A DNA stretch of 32,000 nt from Candidatus Saccharimonadota bacterium (GTDB taxonomy: Bacteria; Pseudomonadota; Gammaproteobacteria; Enterobacterales; Enterobacteriaceae): positions 95,306 to 127,305 of the forward strand of contig CP144768.1 in assembly GCA_036689225.1 (NCBI GenBank), written 5' to 3'. Below are positions 24,871 to 32,000 of the stretch, one piece after another. The notes beneath the pieces were generated by a model that was not told the DNA's origin, did no database searches, and saw only the letters and a list, made by a program, of their open reading frames with translations. Position 1 is the stretch's first letter; each line of letters begins with the position of its first letter. A program made the translations under genes and the position numbers.

Positions 24871-25056
24871 ATGCTTATTTTAACTCGTAGAATTGGTGAA
24901 ACATTAATTATTAAAGATGATATAATTATAACAGTTTTAGCAATTAAAGGTAATCAAGTACGTATAGGAATTAATGCTCCTAAAAATATTTCTGTTCATA
25001 GAAAAGAAATATATATAAAAATTATTAAAAAAAAAAAAAATATTTTAAATAAATAA
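24871..25056 (+). CDS. csrA: Carbon storage regulator / translational repressor CsrA
   Basis: '[48 protein letters not shown]' is near-identical in pattern to E. coli CsrA. AAGGA at 24860-24864 lies 6 nt upstream of the ATG. The position after alaS and before tRNA-Ser matches E. coli. Confidence 0.97.
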   Translation: MLILTRRIGETLIIKDDIIITVLAIKGNQVRIGINAPKNISVHRKEIYIKIIKKKKNILNK

Positions 25057-25076
25057 TTTTATATTTTTAATTATTT

Positions 25077-25162
25077 GGTGAGATGACCGAGTGGTTTAAG
25101 GTGCTCCTCTGCTAAGGGAGAATGCTTAAAAAGCATCGAGGGTTCGAATCCCTCTCTCACCT
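25077..25162 (+). tRNA. serV: tRNA-Ser (anticodon GCU), class II with long variable arm
   Basis: Hand-folded. Acceptor GGTGAGA/TCTCACC; anticodon stem CTCCT/GGGAG with loop CT-GCT-AA; variable arm ATGCTT..AAGCAT; T arm GAGGG-TTCGAAT-CCCTC. No CCA is encoded. This is one of only two GC-rich islands I noticed in the window. Confidence 0.95.
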
Positions 25163-25170
25163 TTTATAAT

Positions 25171-25243
25171 ACATCCGTAACTCAGTGGATAGAGTACTCG
25201 GCTACGAACCGAGTTGTCAGGGGTTCGAATCCTCTCGGATGTG
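25171..25243 (+). tRNA. argV: tRNA-Arg (anticodon ACG)
   Basis: Acceptor ACATCCG/CGGATGT; D arm ACTC..GAGT; anticodon stem CTCGG/CCGAG with loop CT-ACG-AA; T arm AGGGG-TTCGAAT-CCTCT. It closely resembles E. coli tRNA-Arg(ACG) as I recall it. A T7 run follows, and no CCA is encoded. Confidence 0.95.
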
Positions 25244-25259
25244 TTTTTTTAAAAATATT

Positions 25260-26339
25260 TTAAAATTTTAAAGTAAATCCTATTGATATTTTATCGTCAT
25301 TTTTATTATTTTTTTTATTTAAAAAATTATTTTTATTTAATTGATCTATTTTATAATCTATATATGCAGATAAAGATTTATTAAATTTATATATAGTTGC
25401 TATATTAAAATATTTTTCTGTATTTTTTTTTGATATATTATTTTTTTTTATATTATCTTGTTTTGTTTGTATATATCCTATAATAGGTGTAAATCCTGAT
25501 TTAAAATTATATTTTGCTACTATATTAAAATTATAGTTTTTTATTTTATTATTTATTTTTTTTTTATTAAAATTATCTCCTTGAGTATATGTTGTTGCTA
25601 AATATAATTTATTTAAATTATATCTTATACCAGTAGATCATATATTTTTATTTACATTATTATTATTTAATATAATATTTTTTTTATTTATATTTTTTTT
25701 TATATTATATTTTTTTGAAGTATATGAACTAGATAATTCAATACCATATTTAGTTTTTAAATTATAAGTAATACCTCATCCATTTTCTAAAGATTTTATA
25801 ATATTATTTGTATTATTATTTGAGTTATTTTTTTTTTGATATTGTAATATAAATGTTGAATTTTTTAATAAAGGTGTATTTTTATTAAAATTTATTTTTT
25901 TTTTATATGTAATTAAATTATTATTTATATTATTAATAATATTATTTTTATTATTTGGAAATATATTTATATATGATAATGTATTATTTATATTTTCATA
26001 ATTTTTTCCATAGCTTATTTTTCCTAAACAATTATCTTTTATACCTATATATAATAAATTTATATTAATATTATTATTTTTTTTATTTGTTTTATTATTT
26101 TTTTCTAAAATTGTTTTTATTTTTCCAAATGTAGTTATATTTTTATTTAATTTATTTTTTCCTTTAATTGATAAAATTAATGATTTATTTATTTTTTTAT
26201 CAAAATATTTATTTGATAATGATCCGTTAATATTTAATAAAAAATTTTTATTTTTTAAAATTGTAATTGATTTAGATGTTTGTATAGTTAATAATGATAT
26301 TATAATAAATATTAATGAATTTTTATTAATTATATTCAT
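25260..26339 (-). CDS. ompF: General outer-membrane porin (OmpF/OmpC family)
   Basis: The frame from ATG 26339 passes TGA 25776 and a second TGA to TAA 25260-25262, giving 359 aa. It has a signal-like N-terminus, 'LLYIGIKDNCLGKISYGKNY', 'LITYKKKINF', 'FILQYQ', 'W(TGA)STGIRYNLNKLYLATTY', 'GFTPIIGYIQTK', 'YFNIATIYKFNKSLSAYIDYKI' and a terminal 'IGFTLKF*' beta-signal Phe. It is adjacent to asnS, as E. coli ompF is. The ompF symbol rests on synteny only. Confidence 0.85.
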
Positions 26340-26421
26340 TTTTTTAAATTCCTTATATATTAATTATTATATATTTATTATATAAATATAATTAAATATT
26401 AACAATATTAATATTTTTTTT

Positions 26422-27771
26422 TTAAAAATTTATATAATTTGGATATCTTGGAAAAGGAATAACATCTTTTATATTTTTCATTTTAGTAATATACATTAAT
26501 AATCTTTCTATTCCTAAACCAAAACCACTATGTGGAATAGTACCATATTTTCTTAAATCTCTATATCATCAATATTTTTTTTTATTTAATTTTTTTTTTT
26601 TTATATTAATATCTAATAATTTTATATTTTCTTCTCTTTCTGAACCACCTATTATTTCTCCTACATTTGGTAAAATTATATCCATACATGATACTGTTTT
26701 ATTATTTTTGTTTAATTTCATATAAAATGGTTTTATATTTTTTGGATAGTTTGTAATAATTATAGGTAATTTAAAATATTTTTTTGTTAAATATTTTTCT
26801 ATTTCTGAAGAAAAATCCATACCTCAAATTATATTTTCTTTAAATATTTTTTCTTTTTTTTTTATTATTTTAAATATTTCTTTATATTTTATTTGTATAA
26901 AATTTTTGTCTATTATATTTAATAAATATTTATTTTTTTTATTTTTTATATATTTAAATATAAATTCTAAATCATTATAATTTTTTTTTGTTATTTTTTT
27001 TACACAATATGATAATATATTTTTTGATATTTTTATTATTTTGTTTATTTTAGCTAATACTATTTCTATTTCTAACATTAAAAATTCTGCTAAATGTTTA
27101 TTAGTATTTGAATTTTCTGCTCTAAATATTGGACCTATATTATATACTTTAGATAATGAACATGCATATGTTTCTAAATTTAATTGTCCTGATACAGTTA
27201 AATATGTTTTTTTATTAAAAAAATTTTTATTTTTTATTTCGAACATTTTACTATTACCTTCTGTATCTAAAGAAGTAATAATTGGTGTTGTTATTAAATA
27301 AAATTTTTTTTTTTGTAAATATTTATGAATATTATATATTAATGTATTTCTTATTCTAATTATTGATTCTATTAATGATGTTCTAGATCTTAAGTGTGAA
27401 TTTTTTCTTAAATATTCTAATGAATGATATTTTGCACTTATAGGATATTTTTTTTGATTAGAAATTTTTCCTAAAATTTTTATTTTAGTTGCATATATTT
27501 CTTTTTTTTTATTTTTTTTATTAATTTTAATTTTTCCATTAATTTTTAATGTTCATCCTGTATTTATTTTAAAAATATTTTTGTAATTTTTAATATATTT
27601 TTTTTTTATAATTATTTGAATAGGATTAATACATGAACCATCTTTTATATCTATAAAAAATATATTTATTTTTGAATATCTTATAGTTTTTACTCATCCA
27701 TATATTTTTATTATTTTATTTTTTTTTATTTTTTTTTTTTTATGTATTTTATTTATAGAAATATAATTCAT
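26422..27771 (-). CDS. asnS: Asparagine--tRNA ligase
   Basis: One frame runs from ATG 27771 through several TGA codons. 'IYGW(TGA)VKTIR', '[41 protein letters not shown]', 'W(TGA)[12 protein letters not shown]', '[11 protein letters not shown]', '[11 protein letters not shown]', 'W(TGA)W(TGA)[22 protein letters not shown]' and 'VIPFPRYP' match AsnRS. TAA at 26422-26424 gives 449 aa. Confidence 0.95.
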
Positions 27772-27788
27772 ATTTTTTCTCTTTTAAA

Positions 27789-28526
27789 TTATATATTAAT
27801 TATTTTATATTTTTTTAATCATATACATTTATTATTTTTTTTTTTAATATATTTTAAATATTTTATATGATTTTTAATATATTTTTTTTTTATTGTTTTT
27901 TTTTCGTTTTTATTTAAAATTATATTTTTATTATATTTTTTTTTTTTAGTTTTTATAATTATGTTTTTTTTTTTTATAAAATTAATTTTATTTTGTTTTC
28001 TTGTCATATTTAGATATACTATAGTTAATAATTTAGCATCTATTAATGCTCCATGTTTTTTTCTTTTTGATATATCTATATTATATCTTTTACATAATGC
28101 ATTTAAATTATTTTTTTTTCCTGGAAATAATTTTCTTGCTATTAATAATGTATCTGTAATTTTACATATTTTTTTTATATTTTTAATTTTATGATTTATT
28201 AATTTTAATTCATATTCTATAAATTTAATATCAAAATTTGCATTATGTATTATTAATTCTTTATTTTTTATAAAATTTATAAGTTTTTGAGCAATATCAT
28301 AAAATATTGGTTTATTTTTTAAAAAATTATTATTAATTCCATGTATTTTATATGCTTTATTATCTATTTTTTTTTTTGGATTTATATAAAAATGTATAAA
28401 ATTATTAGTTATTTTTCTATTTATTAATTCTATTGCTCCTATTTCTATTATTTTGTGTCCAACATAATGATTTTCTATTAAATTAATTCCTGTTGTTTCT
28501 ATATCTAATATAATTTGTTTATTCAT
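27789..28526 (-). CDS. dnaQ: DNA polymerase III epsilon subunit (3'-5' proofreading exonuclease)
   Basis: 'QIILDIETTGIN', 'GHKIIEIGAIE', 'YKIHGI', 'LIIHNANFDIKF', 'NLNALCKRYNID' and 'HGALIDAKLL' match the ExoI-III motifs. TGA 27819-27821 is read through to TAA 27789-27791 (245 aa). It is divergent from rnhA, as in E. coli. Confidence 0.93.
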
Positions 28527-28573
28527 TTGATTAATTTAGTTTATAATATTAATAATTTAAGTTAATTTTAAAT

Positions 28574-29056
28574 ATGTTAAAAATAAATATTTATACAGAT
28601 GGTTCATGTATTAATAATCCTGGACCTGGTGGTTGTGCTTCTATTATTAAGTTTATTAAAAAAGAAATTATATTAAAAGCTGGTTATTATTATACTACTA
28701 ATAATAGAATGGAATTAATGGCTTTTATATTATCTTTAAATTTTTTAATTAAAAATTTTTTTATAAATAATGATATTAATATATTTACTGATAGTTCTTA
28801 TTTGTATAATGGAGTAAATTTATGAATTAATTCTTGAAAAAAAAATAATTGAAAAACATCTAATAATAAATTTATTAAAAATATAGATTTATGAAATTTA
28901 ATATATAAAAATATAATTTTATTTAAAAATAAAATTAAATGAAATTTATTAAAATCTCATAATGGTAATTTTTATAATAATAAATGTGATAAAATTGCTT
29001 TTTTATCTGCTAAAAATCCAAAATTTATAGATAATTTTATATATTTTTCTTCTTAA
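28574..29056 (+). CDS. rnhA: Ribonuclease HI
   Basis: 'IYTDGSCINNPGPGG' and 'TTNNRMELMA' are followed by four TGA codons at E. coli RNase HI Trp positions: 'W INS W KKNN W K...DL W'. 'KSHNG' and 'NNKCDKIA' also match. TAA at 29054-29056 gives 160 aa. Confidence 0.93.
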
Positions 29057-29296
29057 TTTTTTTTTATTTTTTAAATATTTTATTTTTATTTATTTTTTTA
29101 AAAAAAATATATTAATTAAATTTTATTTTTATATTTTATTAATTTAATATTATATTAAAATTAATTATTTTTTTTTAAAAAATAAAATTATTTATTTTTA
29201 TATATGTAGTATTAAATATTATTTATTTTTTTAAAATTTTATTTTAAAATATTATAATTAAGTTTTTATAATTTTTAAATATAATATTGGGGTTTT

Positions 29297-30298
29297 ATGA
29301 CTATTAGAATAGGTATAAATGGTTTTGGTAGAATTGGTAGATTAGTATTTCGTAATTCTCAATTTAAAAAAAATATTAAAGTTGTAGCTATTAATGATTT
29401 AATTAAAATTGATTATATGGCTTATATGTTGAAATATGATTCAACACATGGTCAATTTAAAGATAATATTATTATTAAAAATAATAATTTATATGTTAAT
29501 GATAATAAAATATATGTAACTTCTTTTAAAAAACCTAGTGATATTCCTTGAAATAAATTTAATGTTGATGTAGTTATTGAATCTACAGGTATTTTTTTAA
29601 CTAAAGATTTATCTTATGGTCATATTTTAGCTGGAGCTAAATATGTTGTAATGACTGCTCCATCTAAAGATGATACTCCTATGTTTGTAATGGGTATTAA
29701 TCATTATAGTTATAATGGTCAAAGTATTGTTTCTAATGCTTCTTGTACTACTAATTGTTTAGCTCCAATAGTTAAAGTTATACATGATAATTTTAATATT
29801 ATTGAAGCTTTTATGACTACTATACATGCTGTTACTGCAACACAAAAAGTAGTAGATAGTTTTTCTTTAAAAGATTGGAGAGGTGGTAGAAGTGTTTTTG
29901 GAAATATTATTCCTTCTTCTACTGGTGCTGCTAATGCTATAGAACATATAATTCCTGATTTAAAAAATAAAATTACGGGTATGGCTTTTAGAGTACCAGT
30001 TTCTAATGTTTCAGTTATAGATTTAACTGTTAGATTAGATTCTGATGTTACTTATGATAAAATATGTTCTTCTATGTATGAAGCTTCTAAAAGTTATTTA
30101 AATGGTATTTTAGGTATTACATATGATGATGTTGTTTCAAGTGATTTTAATGGTGAAAAATTAGTTTCTATTTTTGATGCAAAATCTACTTTATTATTGA
30201 ATAGTAGGTTTATTAAATTAGTTTCATGATATGATAATGAAACAGCTTATTCTGAAAAAGTATTAGATTTAGCATCTTATATATATTATTATAATTAG
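29297..30298 (+). CDS. gapA: Glyceraldehyde-3-phosphate dehydrogenase A
   Basis: '[15 protein letters not shown]', '[11 protein letters not shown]', '[12 protein letters not shown]', '[10 protein letters not shown]', 'WRGGR', 'IIPSSTGAA', '[16 protein letters not shown]' and 'W(TGA)YDNE' match GapA. The product is 333 aa, ending at TAG 30296-30298. GGGG lies 4 nt upstream of the ATG. Confidence 0.96.
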
Positions 30299-30314
30299 TT
30301 TATTATTTGTACTT

Positions 30315-30370
30315 ATGAATTATTTAATTATATTTTATATATTAATAATTTATTTAATTAAATAATTCAT
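30315..30370. terminator. 16-bp inverted repeat between convergent gapA and the protelomerase gene (candidate bidirectional terminator)
   Basis: Read directly: ATGAATTATTTAATTA (30315-30330) is the exact reverse complement of TAATTAAATAATTCAT (30355-30370), with a 24-nt loop. It sits in the 81-bp gap between two stop codons. The stem is almost entirely A/T, so its function is uncertain. Confidence 0.35.
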
Positions 30371-30379
30371 TTGTATTAT

Positions 30380-31945
30380 TTATTTATTTTCTATTATTTT
30401 TCTTCTTATTATTTTATATCTTCCTTTAATTTTTTTTTGATTTATTTTTTTTGATATAAATTTTATATATTTTTTTATTAATATTGTATTAAATCCAAAT
30501 TTTCTTAATAAATAATTATTTATTAATTGTTCATTATTTTTTAATATTATTTTTTTTGTTATTTCATGTATTTTATATGCATTTTTTCTTTTTATTATTT
30601 TATATAATTTTTTATCTAATTTTAATAATTTTTTATATTTTTTATTTTTATTTTTTTTTGGTTGTCATTTTTTATTAAAATTAATTAATTTAAATTGTTT
30701 ATAATATAATTGACTATTTATATTATTATGACCTAATATTTTATAGAAAAACATATCCTCATCATATTTTTTTCATTTTTTATCTTTTGTAAATCATTTT
30801 TCAAAACATATTCTACTATATATAGATCTTGTGTCTTTAAATGTTCTTTTTTCATTATTAAAAAAGGATTTTGATATTTTATTAAATGTATTTGATAAAT
30901 AATTACTTATTTGATAATTTTTTGATAAATATTTATTTTTTTTTTTTTTTATATTATTTATTATTTTTTTTAATATTTTGTTGTTTCTTATTTTGTTAAT
31001 TTTTTTTATAAATAGTTTTGGTTTACATAATAAATATATATTATATTTTTTTTTATTTTTTATTTTAGCTTGTCCTTTAAATTCTATTTTATAATTTTTA
31101 TTTATTATTTTAAATTTACCTATTTTTATTATTTCTATCATTCTTCTTCCAGATACTGCTGATAATGCAAATGATAAATGTGCTATATTTTTAATATTAT
31201 TAAGTTTAGTATTACTATTTAATATATTAAATATTTCTTGTATGTAATTTTTATAATTTATTAATATAATATTACTTTTTTTATTTTTTAGTTTTTCATA
31301 TGACATTTTTTTTGAAATTAAAAGTTTTCTTTTATCTACTTTTAAATGAAATAATATTTCGTGATTTATTTTTATGTTTTTTATAATTTTTTTAATTTTT
31401 TTACCTTGTTGTATTTTATTAATTATATATTTATTTGATGTATATCATTTTTGATTAATAATATTGTTTAATTCTTTTTTTCATTCAGGAAATTTATTTA
31501 TTGAATATTTTATTATTTTTAAATTATTTTTAGTAGAATATATTTTGATTTTATTAATTTGTTTTATTATATTATTTATAAGTTCTAATTTTTTTAATAA
31601 TTTTTTAAATTCTATATTTATATTTTTTGTATTATTTATTTTATTTATATAATCTATTTCTTTTTTATAATATGAAAAATTTTTTTTTAGATATTTTATT
31701 TTTTTTTTAAAACTATGATGTTTTATATTTAAAAATTGTTTTCTTGATCTAGATATATATGTTATATAACTATTTATTGATAATTTTTTATCTTTTATTT
31801 TTTTTTTAAAATTTATTGCTTCTTTTTTATATAATTTATTTTTTTCTGTTTGTAATATATTTTTTGTTTCTATTTTTTTTATATTTTTATTTAATTTTTT
31901 AATTAATATATTTATATTTTCTTTCATAATTATATATTGTAACAT
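30380..31945 (-). CDS. tel: Protelomerase / telomere resolvase, TelN/TelK (N15-phage) type tyrosine-recombinase-fold enzyme
   Basis: Track ORFs 31481..31945 and 30794..31306 plus flanking sequence form one frame under code 4, with 5 in-frame TGA codons and TAA at 30380-30382 by my hand translation. It gives 521 aa from ATG 31945, or 515 aa from the likelier start ATG 31927 ('MKENINILIKKL'). The blocks 'YISRSRKQF..HHSF', 'NKFPEW', 'INHEILFHL', 'LSFALSAVSGRRMIEI', 'FKGQAK', 'FKDTRSIYSRI' and 'DEDMFFYKILGHNNINSQLYYKQFKLINF' correspond to conserved TelN/TelK blocks as I recall them, with the RxxE, K, R, H and nucleophile Tyr contexts. Confidence 0.88.
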
Positions 31946-32000
31946 ATTTAATAAATATACATATGTATATTTATTAAATATGTTACAATATATAATTATG
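31925..32000. repeat. Perfect palindrome of at least 76 bp (dyad between 31962 and 31963), truncated by the window edge; candidate telomere-resolution site or hairpin-telomere read-through
   Basis: I checked it base by base: position 31925+k is complementary to 32000-k for all 38 pairs, with no mismatch. The core is AATATAC-ATAT-GTATATT. Both candidate start codons of the adjacent protelomerase gene lie in the left arm. Confidence 0.9.

Noticed and set aside
25244-25259. The T7 run after tRNA-Arg as a stand-alone intrinsic terminator feature.
   Set aside because: This is plausible, with the tRNA acceptor/T-arm acting as the hairpin. However, T-runs are ubiquitous in this genome, so it is not separately supportable.
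27041-27301. 86-aa plus-strand ORF.
   Set aside because: It lies entirely antisense within asnS, which has strong homology on the minus strand. It is a hydrophobic mirror ORF typical of AT-rich DNA.
27961-28194. 77-aa plus-strand Phe/Leu-rich ORF.
   Set aside because: It is antisense within dnaQ and is a compositional artefact.
31464-31652. 62-aa plus-strand Phe/Ile/Leu-rich ORF.
   Set aside because: It is antisense within the protelomerase frame, which carries clear family motifs on the minus strand.
30380-31945. Calling the terminal ORF a generic phage integrase or XerC/D-type recombinase, or a prophage remnant.
   Set aside because: At about 515 aa, with a large N-terminal domain ('YISRSRKQF..HHSF', 'INHEILFHL'), a 'GRRMIEI...FKGQAK...KDTRSIY...ILGH...QLYYKQF' series and an abutting dyad-symmetric site, it fits protelomerases and not about 300-aa Xer or integrase enzymes. 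No other phage genes flank it.
1-32000. Most genes look like fragmented pseudogenes in the standard-code ORF track (for example murE in 4 pieces, secA in 3 or more, alaS in 3 or more, htpG in 3 or more).
   Set aside because: All fragments of each gene share one frame and are separated only by TGA at conserved Trp positions. Read with table 4 they are full-length, with lengths equal or close to the E. coli orthologues.
1-32000. UGA=Trp plus extreme AT-richness could suggest a Mollicute, a mitochondrion, or a Zinderia/Nasuia-type betaproteobacterial symbiont.
   Set aside because: The gene content (OmpF-type porin, DegP, a full mur pathway) and the E. coli-like adjacencies (alaS-csrA-serV-argV, ompF-asnS, dnaQ/rnhA, dnaX..htpG, dcw..secA) indicate an Enterobacterales-derived genome.

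Overview
This is an extremely AT-rich bacterial chromosome segment, roughly 12-15% GC by eye (not computed). It reads correctly only with translation table 4 (UGA=Trp): almost every break in the supplied ORF track is a TGA at a position where the E. coli homologue has Trp. After merging fragments across TGA, the window holds 24 intact housekeeping genes and 2 tRNAs. They sit in Enterobacterales-type micro-synteny blocks: hslU/rpmE; murA; tpiA; a stripped dcw cluster rsmH-murE-murF-mraY-murD-murG-murC-ddl-secA; degP-like; dnaX-htpG; recA; alaS-csrA-tRNA-Ser(GCU)-tRNA-Arg(ACG); ompF-like porin next to asnS; divergent dnaQ/rnhA; gapA. This is the signature of a tiny-genome gammaproteobacterial symbiont, though I cannot name the species from sequence alone. 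The standout is the 3' end. A 515-521 aa minus-strand ORF (30380..31945, visible only under code 4) carries the conserved blocks of N15 TelN / phiKO2 TelK protelomerases (telomere resolvases). Its start codons lie inside a perfect palindrome (31925..32000, dyad at 31962/31963) that runs off the window edge. The palindrome core TATAC-ATAT-GTATA resembles the TATAC-GCGC-GTATA core of the N15 telO site as I recall it. Together these suggest a hairpin-telomere (linear replicon) system embedded in the core chromosome of a reduced symbiont. Secondary observations include loss of every division and peptidoglycan-polymerisation gene from the dcw cluster while the lipid II pathway is kept, a gamma-only dnaX, long in-frame homopolymer tracts, and a few small unexplained ORFs and inverted repeats. 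No CRISPR array, IS element or rRNA gene was seen.
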